Assembly: GCA_045590735.1 (NCBI GenBank)
Contig: JAZNRQ010000086.1
Coordinates: 1-52,240, forward strand
Direction: 5' to 3'
Length of the DNA stretch: 52,240 bases
Origin: Faecousia sp.
GTDB lineage: Bacteria > Bacillota > Clostridia > Oscillospirales > Oscillospiraceae
The notes beneath the pieces are model-generated. The model was not told the DNA's origin. It searched no databases and saw only the letters and a list, made by a program, of their open reading frames with translations. The position numbers and the translations under genes were made by a program. Below, piece after piece: positions 37,857 through 47,936 of this stretch. Every line of letters starts with the position of its first letter. Position 1 is the stretch's first letter.

Positions 37857-39290
37857 CTACTTACTTTTTTTGAGATAATTTCTAATCTTACGCACCGGGT
37901 TTCTTAAAACACCCTTTACCCGTAAAAGCTTATCCGAAAGGCTGGGTCTATTGACCGCAAAAGCCAATACACCGGGTTCCAGCAGCTCCATCGTTTTATA
38001 GGAAAGTGCCAGTTCTTTTCGTTCCTGTTCTGTAGCACTCAGCAACACAGACAGCAATTCCGGACAGTTGGCGATCTGAATGGACACGAAATCATTCATA
38101 TCCAAGGACTGCTCAATGGCAGCCGCCCAGCCGCCCACTCTCTGCTCAATATAGAACCGATCCCGGAGATCCACGAAATCAATGGGGTTCTCCTGGGCGT
38201 TTTTCAACCACTGGGAAAAGGCTTCCGCCTGAACCGGATCTTTGGTCAGCTCGCCATAGTAACCGGTCATTCCCTTTACAAATTCCTCCGGCTCCGGACC
38301 TGCAACACTGCGACCGTAAGTCTGTCCTGCCTCGTACAAACCGCTGCGGATCACCACAGCATTTTCCGGCAGCTTATCAAATTGGCCGCAGGCAAAGAAT
38401 TGCGCATCCGCACCGTTGGAATTGCCGGCTGTGAACCGGATATAATCCCAAAGACGGGACTTGTCCATTTTTGCGTTCTTAATATATCTGTGAGAAATAC
38501 CGAATGTCTTGGAAAGCTTCTGCGGTATTGTTTTGTCTGCATTGGAGATATTCTCATGCTGTGCCGTGTAGCAGGAAAAAGGCACGCCAGAGCTCACAAG
38601 CGCCGCAAAAGTCACCCGGGAATCTTTTCCTCCGGTCAGGGCAAGCAGAATATCTCTGCCTGAGAAAGCCTGAATGTTCTTGAAGCCATTAACCAGCATA
38701 TCCGCAACAGCCCGGCTCTTCTCTTCGGTGGATAAGCTGCGGCGATCCCAAATCCATTGGTTGGGCACAACCGAAAGCCCCGCCTGTGTGAAGCAAAGCC
38801 GCTGGGTACACAGAAGCGTTTTTCCGCCTTCTACGATACAGCCCGGCAGGATCTGCCAGCTGATGCCATCGGCTTTTACGGTTCCCCGGGAATTTTTCCC
38901 GGTCACCTGTGCCAGGAGCGCCGGCGATGAGGTGACTACCCAGCCGGTTTCATTTGCCGCATAGTAAGCCCCCATCAGTCCCGTTGCGTCGTGAATGAGT
39001 TCCTTTTCCGTGATCAGCGTCCATCTGCCTGTCCAATACCTTGTTGCATCTCCAATGTCTGCGCCGGAAAATGCCGCAATGTCCTCTGAAAAACGTTTAC
39101 CGGCTTTATCGGTGCAAAAAGCATTTCCCAAAACAACGACCTGTTTGCCATCCGCAGTATGCGCTATGCCCATATTCAGTTCCCGATGGGTATATAGGTA
39201 ATTTCCGGCAAGCCTGTATTCCTGCATATTTTGCAGATCCAGCTGCCGATCAGACAGCACATACTGTCTTTTGGCAATATCTGTCATCAT
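37857..39290 (-). CDS. Asparagine synthase-like (PP-loop) amide-forming protein
   Basis: GRWT, DATGL..AYY and LALTGGKDSR PP-loop; lacks the N-terminal catalytic Cys of class II glutaminases. Confidence 0.7.
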   Translation of the reverse strand: MMTDIAKRQYVLSDRQLDLQNMQEYRLAGNYLYTHRELNMGIAHTADGKQVVVLGNAFCTDKAGKRFSEDIAAFSGADIGDATRYWTGRWTLITEKELIHDATGLMGAYYAANETGWVVTSSPALLAQVTGKNSRGTVKADGISWQILPGCIVEGGKTLLCTQRLCFTQAGLSVVPNQWIWDRRSLSTEEKSRAVADMLVNGFKNIQAFSGRDILLALTGGKDSRVTFAALVSSGVPFSCYTAQHENISNADKTIPQKLSKTFGISHRYIKNAKMDKSRLWDYIRFTAGNSNGADAQFFACGQFDKLPENAVVIRSGLYEAGQTYGRSVAGPEPEEFVKGMTGYYGELTKDPVQAEAFSQWLKNAQENPIDFVDLRDRFYIEQRVGGWAAAIEQSLDMNDFVSIQIANCPELLSVLLSATEQERKELALSYKTMELLEPGVLAFAVNRPSLSDKLLRVKGVLRNPVRKIRNYLKKSK

Positions 39291-40441
39291 TCTCTGCTGA
39301 TGCTCCTTTTGGCGATCTTACTGTAAAGAAAATCTTCGCTTGCTTTTTCTGCAGCGGCTTTCAGTTCTTCAAATCGTGCAGGCTCCAAAAGCGCATTCAG
39401 CTTTTGGGTGATTTCCTCCACGCTGTCCTTTTCCAAAAACACAGTATTCCCGCATACATCTGTATGGGTTGTACCGTCCCAGCGTTTCACAAGCAACGGA
39501 ATACCTTGTGCCGTCACCTGCTCCCAAAACACACTGTGCCGTCCGGGGAATACAACCAGATCTGCAGCCGCAAAATAATCATAAGAATCTTTTGCCTGCA
39601 CCCATCCAATGTACTGTACTTTTTCACCATCCGTCAGTGCTTCCACCTGATCCTTCAACTCCGGCGTAACCGAGCCAAAGACCACCAGCCGCACTTTTGG
39701 ATCTTCAATTTTCTGCACCGCCTCCATCAAAAGCAGTGTCTGGGTTTTGAATGCGTCGATCTTGCCGCCGGTCATAATCACGATATCGTCCTCGTTCAGA
39801 CCGTGCTGCTGCCGGATGCGCTGCCGCACCTCCGGTTTGGCGGCTGCCGCGACGCTTTCATCGTCTGCGCCCATGACCAGTAACTCAATTTTCTCACGGG
39901 GCAGCCCATAAACATTGGCAAGGAAATCTACCCGTGCGGGAAGCACACCGTAAAATTTCGTCACATAAGGATTGATTTTTTTTGCACAGCTGCGCCAGAC
40001 GATCTTGTGAAGAATGTTTTTGGACACCCAATTGGTAGCACTGTTGGAAAAATCCGAATGATTATCCGCATATACCGTTACTCCGGGATGCTTTTTACAG
40101 TATTTCGCCACAATGGAAATATCCATAAACTGAACACCGTGAATGAATATCAGTTCCGGCTGAATCCGCTCCAGCTCCTCCTGCAATCCCACATACCAGC
40201 GCAGGCGTTTTGCCAGCTTTCCGTTTTTGAAAGCCAAACGGGTTACGGGAATACCATATTCATTATCATATTTATCCGCCTTCGGCAGCCACTTACCTTT
40301 GCCGTTTTCGTCAAAGGTAAACAGAGATGCCACGATTTCCACATCGTGTCCCTGAAGCTTATGGTGCTTAGGCAAATAGTTTTCCTGATAGGAATAGTTA
40401 TCAATATAAAAGCATCCCAGCATCAAATGCAGTATTTTCAT
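39287..40441 (-). CDS. Glycosyltransferase family 4
   Basis: [15 protein letters not shown] and [11 protein letters not shown] motifs; GT-B size. Confidence 0.85.
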   Translation of the reverse strand: MKILHLMLGCFYIDNYSYQENYLPKHHKLQGHDVEIVASLFTFDENGKGKWLPKADKYDNEYGIPVTRLAFKNGKLAKRLRWYVGLQEELERIQPELIFIHGVQFMDISIVAKYCKKHPGVTVYADNHSDFSNSATNWVSKNILHKIVWRSCAKKINPYVTKFYGVLPARVDFLANVYGLPREKIELLVMGADDESVAAAAKPEVRQRIRQQHGLNEDDIVIMTGGKIDAFKTQTLLLMEAVQKIEDPKVRLVVFGSVTPELKDQVEALTDGEKVQYIGWVQAKDSYDYFAAADLVVFPGRHSVFWEQVTAQGIPLLVKRWDGTTHTDVCGNTVFLEKDSVEEITQKLNALLEPARFEELKAAAEKASEDFLYSKIAKRSISRE

Positions 40442-41055
40442 TTTTCTGCCTCCAATTGCTCAAAAAGCTTTTGTGGATCGTCAAAGAAACTGCCGTATTT
40501 CCGAAGCTTGTCCTCGTCCCAGTTCCACCACTGCAGCTTTTGCAGCTTTTCGATGGTTTCCTCGTCAAACCGTTTCCGGATAAATCTTGCAGGATTTCCC
40601 GCCCAGATCTCATAAGGAGGAATGTCTTTCGTAACGATGCTGCCCATACCGATGATCGCACCGTCACCGATGGTAACACCGCCCTTGATCATTGTACGGC
40701 TTCCGATCCACACATCATTGCCGATGGTCGTCTGGACATATTCATCAAATGCCTTTTCTGCAAAGCAGGTCTTCAGAGAATTATTCTTGCTGTAGAAAAC
40801 CGGAGAACTGGAAACCCAGTTTACTGGATGCCGTCCACCACCTATAGTGCACCCGTAGCCAACAGAGGAAAACTTGCCCAAATCGGTATGTAGCAGGTTG
40901 CTCCCGTAGATATAAGAGTACCGACCAATACTGCTGTTGATTAATAATGCACCATTACCTACCGCAGCAGCCTTATCAACCTGAGAGTGTTTAATTGCGC
41001 TTGGTTTTTTTGAAAGAAGCCTTGCAAAAAGATATTTCAGCTTTACTCGTCCCAT
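40438..41055 (-). CDS. Hexapeptide-repeat O-acetyltransferase (CatB/Vat-related)
   Basis: [27 protein letters not shown]...GNPAR.IRKRF and WWNW motifs. Confidence 0.9.
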   Translation of the reverse strand: MGRVKLKYLFARLLSKKPSAIKHSQVDKAAAVGNGALLINSSIGRYSYIYGSNLLHTDLGKFSSVGYGCTIGGGRHPVNWVSSSPVFYSKNNSLKTCFAEKAFDEYVQTTIGNDVWIGSRTMIKGGVTIGDGAIIGMGSIVTKDIPPYEIWAGNPARFIRKRFDEETIEKLQKLQWWNWDEDKLRKYGSFFDDPQKLFEQLEAEK

Positions 41056-41126
41056 ATTTACTGTCCTTTTCTGCATCACTTTTATATCACCGACTTTTTG
41101 GTAATACATCCCAATACATCGTATAA

Positions 41127-42365
41127 TCAAGAAAAAACCACATGCTCTTTTGCAGCTTTCAATATTTTTATATACTTTTCTACGCAAACCGTCTTTGACG
41201 CATTTTCACAAACATAGGATCTCCCCCCATTGTACTGGGTAATATCTTCTCTTATTTGTTCAATTTTCTGCGCCAGCTGTTCCGCGTCTTCTGGTTCCAC
41301 ACATACACCTGCATTCGATTCCTTTATAATTTCCGCCAGCTCACTATCTGTATCAAAAGCAGCAACAATCGGTGTGTTACAGGCCATAATCGACCATGTC
41401 TTGCTAGGCATACCACTATTGCCTACACCCTTTTTGCAGGTAATCAGACAAACATCTCCTAAACTATAAACCTCAGCCACTCGTTCCTGGGGTAATAATC
41501 CGTTAATAATTATATTTGGTAAATACTGTGCCTGTTGTTTGGCTGTTTCAAATTCCGCACCGCCACCAAATATCACAAACTGAACCTGAGGTAACAATTC
41601 GGCAGCTCGCAGTACTACATCCGCCCCCTGTGCTGCACCAAAGTTACCTGCATAGACAACGGTAAACGCATCTCGATTAATTCCAAATTCTTCGTATAAG
41701 CGATTGTCCTCTTTTTTTACTGGTTTTACTACATCTGTATCCACCCAATTGGGGATCACTACGATTTTTTCTTCCGGAACACCCTTATCTAAAATGTTGC
41801 GTTTCATACTCTCACTAATCGCGATGATCACATCTGCATTTTTGTATGTGGCATTCTCAATCTTTCTGCCAATTTTCCAAAGCAAACTACCTTGCCTTGC
41901 TAAACCGGTAGTCACCAATGAATCCGGAAATACATCTTGCAGATTGTAGACAAACGGAACTTTGCGTCTGTATTTTTTAGAAAGCCGTTTCTTTACCAAT
42001 CCACACAAGAGACCTTGTGTTGGAGGCGTGCTGCTACTAAATATTAAGTCAACATTTTTCTCTTTGATACCCTTACCGTACTGGATAATATTGCATAAGA
42101 AATATCTTAATGCCCGAAATAATGGATTTTTGCCCTCATGGAACATTGAAAACCGGTGAATCCGGTAAAAACCACCATACATTTCTTCGTATTTGATTTT
42201 TGCGTATTTTTTTCGCGTTGTACGATCAATGCCCCGTGTTGGAGAAGGAACATACACCTCTGTCACAATACCCTCAACTTGATATGCACAGTTTAAATCA
42301 TGCATCATATGACTTGCTGCCAATATCTCAGGATAGCAATACGATTGTAGACGAAGCACTTTCAT
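41127..42365 (-). CDS. Glycosyltransferase family 4, WbuB-like (probable L-FucNAc transferase)
   Basis: YPE, STPP, LQDVFPD, IPNW, YAGNFG.AQG and PSK motifs; fnlABC lie in the same operon. Confidence 0.8.
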   Translation of the reverse strand: MKVLRLQSYCYPEILAASHMMHDLNCAYQVEGIVTEVYVPSPTRGIDRTTRKKYAKIKYEEMYGGFYRIHRFSMFHEGKNPLFRALRYFLCNIIQYGKGIKEKNVDLIFSSSTPPTQGLLCGLVKKRLSKKYRRKVPFVYNLQDVFPDSLVTTGLARQGSLLWKIGRKIENATYKNADVIIAISESMKRNILDKGVPEEKIVVIPNWVDTDVVKPVKKEDNRLYEEFGINRDAFTVVYAGNFGAAQGADVVLRAAELLPQVQFVIFGGGAEFETAKQQAQYLPNIIINGLLPQERVAEVYSLGDVCLITCKKGVGNSGMPSKTWSIMACNTPIVAAFDTDSELAEIIKESNAGVCVEPEDAEQLAQKIEQIREDITQYNGGRSYVCENASKTVCVEKYIKILKAAKEHVVFS

Positions 42366-42382
42366 TTCGTAACTAACCTTTC

Positions 42383-43480
42383 TTACCCTTTGCCGTAAAT
42401 TTCATTCAAAACACGCTCTGTCAATTCGCCGAACAGAGGTCCATTGTTAAACTGGTGAAAGTTAATGCTACCTTTACGCATATTGGCCTCTATCAGCATG
42501 GCTTCTCCTTGTTCGTTAATCGCTATATCCCAAGACACTAATCGAAAATGACCCAATCTGGGGTGCATCTTCTTTACAAGTGCTTCTACCTTATCATAAG
42601 ACGGGATGCAGAAGCCTTCAAATACCAATCCGTCTGGATGCTCAGTATATGCCTTGCCAGTATTATAGCCGTAAGCATATTTCTTAAGGCTTCCATCCTT
42701 GTTGATACCACAAGTCATTCCGTCAAAAAGAGCATTGTCTTTTGCAGTAGCATTGTCCACTCGGCTGGATCCCACACCCATTCTTAGAATAGAAGACAAA
42801 ATATAAACACCGTCCTCCATCAACAACGAACATACTCTTATCGTATTAAGAGACTCTTTATGAATTTCACACAGCGCAGGGTGCTGCTTAACTACTGCCT
42901 GCACAATATAATCATCGTAATTCTTATCCGTAAGAAACGCACTAAGTTTCTCCTCGTCGGATGTCTGCAAAAAGAAAATTCCGCGCCCACTGCCAGTCTC
43001 TTGAGAAGGTTTGCAAATCACCTCTGTCTCAGTTTTCACCAACGACGCTGCAACATCGCAGGATATCTGGTTGTATTTCGCATCGAACAAAAATCCATTA
43101 ATCTTTCTAATCAAAATAGTTGGTTGCGGAATATCGTCAAATATTTTCGAATAGTAGTTCTTGTCGTTAAATCCGTATCCTAATTTGCGGGAGTTTAAAT
43201 GCTGATCGATTTTGGTGTAGTATATCGTGTGTGGAATATACCTAACATCCTGATTGCCGTTTTTCGAAGCATAATACCATCCCCATTTGGGAGAAAAGTG
43301 ACCGTATCTTCCCCAGAATTTCTTATACGCTTTAACATATTCCGCAGGAATCCGATTGCACTTATAGTACTTGTTGAACTCCCGTTTCTCTTTAATTCGG
43401 GAGATTGTATTAGCTGCTCCTGTTTCCAAACCATCAAACACAGCATTATACAATGCTTTTGCCTTTTTACTCACTGCCAT
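42383..43480 (-). CDS. Sugar-transfer-associated ATP-grasp protein
   Basis: DKNYY, CKPS...GSGRGI, SLNTIR, LRMG...VDN, HPD and WDIAI...LIEAN motifs. Confidence 0.85.
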   Translation of the reverse strand: MAVSKKAKALYNAVFDGLETGAANTISRIKEKREFNKYYKCNRIPAEYVKAYKKFWGRYGHFSPKWGWYYASKNGNQDVRYIPHTIYYTKIDQHLNSRKLGYGFNDKNYYSKIFDDIPQPTILIRKINGFLFDAKYNQISCDVAASLVKTETEVICKPSQETGSGRGIFFLQTSDEEKLSAFLTDKNYDDYIVQAVVKQHPALCEIHKESLNTIRVCSLLMEDGVYILSSILRMGVGSSRVDNATAKDNALFDGMTCGINKDGSLKKYAYGYNTGKAYTEHPDGLVFEGFCIPSYDKVEALVKKMHPRLGHFRLVSWDIAINEQGEAMLIEANMRKGSINFHQFNNGPLFGELTERVLNEIYGKG

Positions 43481-43497
43481 AGCGTTTTCCCCTTAAA

Positions 43498-44181
43498 TCA
43501 TTTTACAGCAGATTCTTCCTTTGTTTCGGTGCTGTTATCAATGTACAGCGAATCCTTGGAGGTCCCTGCTTCGTTGGTATAGACCTCCCGGGATGTCAGC
43601 ACCGTTGCGAAGGTCTTAAAGAAAATCTTTACATCCATCCAGAATGTCACATTCTCTGCATACCAGGCATCCTTCAGCCGCTTTTCCCGAACGGACAAGC
43701 CGTTGCGGTAATAGGCCTGGGTATAGCCGGTAATGCCGGGCTTCACATTCATCTTGGCAACCTCGTCCGGCTGGTAGCTGTCCAGCGCACCGGCACCGCT
43801 TGCCCGGGGGCCGATCAGCGTCATATTGCCGATGAGAATGTTGAACAGCTGGGGCAGCTCGTCAATGCTGGTCTTGCGGATAAACTTGCCCACCCGGGTC
43901 ACCCGGTCATCATCGGGGGCATTGTATGTACTGCCGTCCTTGTTGGTCCAGTTGGGTGCATTGACGATCATAGACCGGAATTTGTACATATCGAAGATCT
44001 TGCTATCCTTGCCGATCCGCTTTGCTTTGTAGAATATCGGGCCGCCGTCATCCAGCTTGATCGCCAAACCGACGATCAGCACGATCACGCCCAAAAAAGG
44101 CAACGCCGCCAGTCCAATAACAATATCCGCAAGCCGTTTGACCACTTTTACATAAAAACTCTTACTCTTTGGACGCTTCAC
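43498..44181 (-). CDS. Phosphoglycosyl (initiating sugar) transferase, second copy
   Basis: KRLAD, KFRSM, D.RVTRVGKFIRKTSIDELPQ and KPGITG motifs; GGAGG RBS plus GTG start. Confidence 0.92.
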   Translation of the reverse strand: MKRPKSKSFYVKVVKRLADIVIGLAALPFLGVIVLIVGLAIKLDDGGPIFYKAKRIGKDSKIFDMYKFRSMIVNAPNWTNKDGSTYNAPDDDRVTRVGKFIRKTSIDELPQLFNILIGNMTLIGPRASGAGALDSYQPDEVAKMNVKPGITGYTQAYYRNGLSVREKRLKDAWYAENVTFWMDVKIFFKTFATVLTSREVYTNEAGTSKDSLYIDNSTETKEESAVK

Positions 44182-44184
44182 TCT

Positions 44185-45390
44185 TTATCCCTCCGCAGGT
44201 GTGATAATAAAATACTTTTCCAGCTTATTTTTCGCTTCCGCAGCATTGCGTTCTGCTTCGTCCGGTGTATCGCCCTGGGCGATGACCCAACCGATGGTAT
44301 CGGACTTTTCTTTGTAGGGTTTTAGTTGGTCTCCCACCTGCTTACGCAGCACCACATCCAAAATACCACCGGTGCCGATCAGCCGGTCATAGGGCAAAAT
44401 TTCAGAAATCACACCGGGCTTATAGATCAGCAGCCGTGTTGCCACGCATTTTTTATACGCAGGTGTTCCGTCAACAATCTCGCCCAGTGCCAGCGAAATG
44501 GTCTGGTCTATGACGCTGACCCCCCGGGACAGAGGCACCAAATGCGATGCGATCAAATTCTGGCCGATCCGGATGCCGCAATCAATAATGTAGGGCTTTT
44601 GGTCTTCTTCAGACAGAATCATATCAAAATTGACACTGGCCATTGTAATGTTCAGTGCCCGGATCGCTTTTTCCGCCTCTTTCTCGATCAATGCTTCCTG
44701 GGCAGCAGAAAGTCCCGAAGGGGTTCTGTGTCCGTAGCTGATGCTGCCGTCCGGCTCTTTGCGGAAGGTGGTCTTTACCACCGCATATACATAGACCTTG
44801 CCGTTGCAGACAAATGCCTCCACACTGTATTCCTCGCCGGGAATAAAGGATTCTACATAAATCTCACCGTATCTTGCAGAATCGAATGCATATTGGAGTG
44901 CGCTTTCCAGCTGGGCTGCTTCCGTAACCACCGAAACGCCCTTGCTGCCGGAGCCGTCACAAGGCTTAATAACACAAGGGATAAGAAAATCGTGCCCCAT
45001 CGCATCTTCCGGCTTTGTTAGCTGGAAAAATGCGCCTTTTGTGTTACATCCTGCCTGATACAGCCGTTCTTTAATGGCATATTTGCTTTTGGAGATTTCC
45101 GCTGTATCCATCGGCAGTGCCGGCAAGCGAAGCTGCTGCGCTATGTAGGAAACCGTAGGCAGTGTCAGCGTTGCACCGTAGGTCATAACACCGTCGATCT
45201 GCAGCTGCTTTGCGTAGTCCAGACAGGCTGCCCGATCCATTACATCGATGCACTTGCTGCCGGTGGCACAGGCAAAGCCCGGTGCGTTGGGGTTTCTGTC
45301 TACACAATAAGCCTCGTGCCCCAACTGCCGGATCCGCCGGATCAGCGGCACCTGATAGTCGCCGCCACCCACGACCAGAATTTTTTTCAT
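44185..45390 (-). CDS. ATP-grasp domain protein
   Basis: IKPCDGSGSKGV, VESFIPGEEYSVE and RIGQNLIASH motifs. Confidence 0.88.
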   Translation of the reverse strand: MKKILVVGGGDYQVPLIRRIRQLGHEAYCVDRNPNAPGFACATGSKCIDVMDRAACLDYAKQLQIDGVMTYGATLTLPTVSYIAQQLRLPALPMDTAEISKSKYAIKERLYQAGCNTKGAFFQLTKPEDAMGHDFLIPCVIKPCDGSGSKGVSVVTEAAQLESALQYAFDSARYGEIYVESFIPGEEYSVEAFVCNGKVYVYAVVKTTFRKEPDGSISYGHRTPSGLSAAQEALIEKEAEKAIRALNITMASVNFDMILSEEDQKPYIIDCGIRIGQNLIASHLVPLSRGVSVIDQTISLALGEIVDGTPAYKKCVATRLLIYKPGVISEILPYDRLIGTGGILDVVLRKQVGDQLKPYKEKSDTIGWVIAQGDTPDEAERNAAEAKNKLEKYFIITPAEG

Positions 45391-45405
45391 TTGCTCAACT
45401 CCCGA

Positions 45406-47217
45406 TCAGATCCGTACAATGCTCCTGTCGATCTGATTCTTAATATCTTCTGCTTTTTCCGCGGCTTCCTGTGCCGTACCTGCCAGACACACCACATAGC
45501 CGCATCCATCCAGATTCGTATGGTATTCGTGAATGGTATCTCCCTCTGCCAGATGATGCGCAATGATCACATCGCTGGCATCATATTGCTGCCAGTCCGG
45601 CAGCTCCTTCACCGTTCCCGGTGTCAGTGCCAGCAGCCGTGTTGCCACAGCACAATGATTGCCGACGGTGAAATCGCAAGGGTCGCCTACCGCCGCCCGG
45701 ATCATATTCGCCATATAATCCACGCCGGTACCCAGCGGGATAATGTGCGATCCGATCAGATTGCCGCCCATCCGGGCACCAATATCCACAATATGAACGG
45801 TTCCCTGCTCTGTCAGCAGCACGTCCATATTGACCGAGCCAATTCTGATTCCCAGTGCGGCAATTGCCTTTTCCACACAGCATCTGACTTTTTGCTCCAC
45901 CTCCGGAGATAGCCCGGAAGGAAGTGCGTGACCCAGCTCCGCATAGTAAGGCGGCTCGGTCATCCACTTGCGCATAACAGCCATAACGTGAATATTTCCG
46001 TTCTCCACAAAGGATTCCACACCGTACTCTTTGCCCACAACAAAAGGCTCTACCGTTGCCTTGCCGGTTAAGGATTCGCCCATTGCCATCCGGCAAATCT
46101 CTGCAAACTGCCCGGGGTCTTCCACTTTGGCTGCGCCGCGGCTGCCGGAACCGTCACAGGGCTTTACCATAACCGGATATGTGATCTGCGTCATCAGCTG
46201 CGCCAGATCTGTATCCTCCGATACCTGGCAGGACGGTCCGCTGTCGTCCGCCTTTGCCGCAAACAGACACTGGCGGACCTGGTATTTATTTTTGATCCTG
46301 CAGGCAACCTCATAATCAATACCGGGCAGACCCAGTTCCCGGGCGGTATAGGCTGCAGACAGCACACCGTAATCGGTGGCAGCGGTCAGCACACCGTCGA
46401 CCTTTTGCTCACGGGCATAAGCACAAACCGCTTTTTGGTCCACAATATCGATTACCGCATATTCATCCGCGTCCGCAAATCCCACAGCATTGGGATTGCC
46501 GTCTACCGCTAACGTGTAGTAGCCCATTTCCTTTGCCTTGCAAATCACATAGCGCTGCAAAAATCCGGCTCCAATGACCAGTATTCTTTTCAACGAATGC
46601 ACTCCTTTTCCAAACCGGAATTCATACATTTCCCGGCCCTCTGCTGTAGTAAAATTCCGTGCTACAGTAAATCCGTTCTTCAAATAAAAGTGATTGACCG
46701 CTTCATTGTCTAGAGCATCTGTTTCCAAATTGATGTACGCATACCGATCCATATCCACCCGTTCTTTTAGCGCGTCGATCAGCTGTGATCCGACGCCGGT
46801 GCCCTTCACTTCCGGACTGACACCAATGGAGGCCAATTCCACATACGCCTCCTCCCGCTTGCTCTCTCCGGGTTTCTGAAAAGCTCGCAGCAATCGCATA
46901 AACACCCTCGGTTTCCTGAAAAACGCACCGGCTGCATACCAACCAAAGGGGATCAGTCGCCGTTTGATCATATATTTGTACAGATCACTCAGCGCACCCG
47001 AATACGCAAGAAAGCCCACCGGGGTATCCCTTTCATCCAGTGCCACCAGCAAACCGGATTCCGGATGATCGCAATAACTGCGATACAGCTGCTTCAGGAA
47101 TCCTTTTCCCATGAAGGTGAGAAAGAACCCCTGAAATGTCTCCAAATGAATCCGGACCACAGCATCCAGAACGCTCTTGTCTGCCTCTTTCAGTTCTACG
47201 ATCCTAACCATAATCAT
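45406..47217 (-). CDS. GNAT acetyltransferase fused to ATP-grasp ligase
   Basis: N-terminal ELASIGV.PE.KG.GVG...N.FY.KNGF GNAT motifs; C-terminal VKPCDGSGSRG and ARMGGNLI ATP-grasp motifs. Confidence 0.88.
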   Translation of the reverse strand: MIMVRIVELKEADKSVLDAVVRIHLETFQGFFLTFMGKGFLKQLYRSYCDHPESGLLVALDERDTPVGFLAYSGALSDLYKYMIKRRLIPFGWYAAGAFFRKPRVFMRLLRAFQKPGESKREEAYVELASIGVSPEVKGTGVGSQLIDALKERVDMDRYAYINLETDALDNEAVNHFYLKNGFTVARNFTTAEGREMYEFRFGKGVHSLKRILVIGAGFLQRYVICKAKEMGYYTLAVDGNPNAVGFADADEYAVIDIVDQKAVCAYAREQKVDGVLTAATDYGVLSAAYTARELGLPGIDYEVACRIKNKYQVRQCLFAAKADDSGPSCQVSEDTDLAQLMTQITYPVMVKPCDGSGSRGAAKVEDPGQFAEICRMAMGESLTGKATVEPFVVGKEYGVESFVENGNIHVMAVMRKWMTEPPYYAELGHALPSGLSPEVEQKVRCCVEKAIAALGIRIGSVNMDVLLTEQGTVHIVDIGARMGGNLIGSHIIPLGTGVDYMANMIRAAVGDPCDFTVGNHCAVATRLLALTPGTVKELPDWQQYDASDVIIAHHLAEGDTIHEYHTNLDGCGYVVCLAGTAQEAAEKAEDIKNQIDRSIVRI

Positions 47218-47936
47218 TCCCCTGCAACGACAAGTTCTTCATCCTTGTACTCTTTTCCCAGTACCGCAAAAACCGTCATAAACATAATTTTGACATCCCC
47301 AAAGAACCGGAATGTTTTCAGTGCTCTCAGGTTATAGCGCATCTTTGCCGGCAGCACCTGACGAATATAGGCATCATTCCAATCCTTCGCAGCATCGAGC
47401 ATCTGATCCTCGTCCTTGTAGAAAATGCTTGCCAAACTGGTAACGCCCGCAGGCAGCAGCAGAGTCGCCATCATTTCCGGAGTGTACTTTTCCACATACT
47501 CCGGAATCTCCGGGCGGGTTCCCACAAAGGTCATCGTGCCCCGCAAAACATCGATCAGCTGACTGATCTCATCCAACCGGCACTTGCGGATCCATTTTCC
47601 CACCCGGGTAACCCGGTTATCTTCCGCAAAGGTCAGCTTTGCGCCTTCGTCCGCATTTTGTACCATAGACCGGAACTTGAAAATACGGAATCTTTTTCCA
47701 TACTGGGTCACCCGCTCCTGCCGGTAAAATACCGGGCCGGGAGAATCCAGCTTGATGGCGATTGCCAGCACCAGGAATACCGGGAGCAAAGCAATCAGCA
47801 TAACGCTGGAAACCACTATATCAAAAACCCGCTTAAGAAGAAGCGCAAACCATCGCTTTTTCAGTGCGTCATAGTACGGTCTGACTGCTTCCGTCTGCAG
47901 TTCAGGAGGGAGCTTTTCCCACTTACAAAGTATCAT
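47214..47936 (-). CDS. Initiating phosphoglycosyl transferase, TacA/WcfS-like (AAT-Gal-1-P transferase candidate)
   Basis: YRQERVTQYG, KFRSM, RLDE, VGTRPE, MMATLLLPAGVTS.AS..YKDED and KMRYNL, as recalled for pneumococcal TacA. Confidence 0.85.
   Translation of the reverse strand: MILCKWEKLPPELQTEAVRPYYDALKKRWFALLLKRVFDIVVSSVMLIALLPVFLVLAIAIKLDSPGPVFYRQERVTQYGKRFRIFKFRSMVQNADEGAKLTFAEDNRVTRVGKWIRKCRLDEISQLIDVLRGTMTFVGTRPEIPEYVEKYTPEMMATLLLPAGVTSLASIFYKDEDQMLDAAKDWNDAYIRQVLPAKMRYNLRALKTFRFFGDVKIMFMTVFAVLGKEYKDEELVVAGE

Noticed and set aside
40438-41055. Antibiotic resistance (Vat/CatB) interpretation
   Set aside because: Hexapeptide acetyltransferase embedded among glycosyltransferases; sugar O-acetylation is the simpler explanation.
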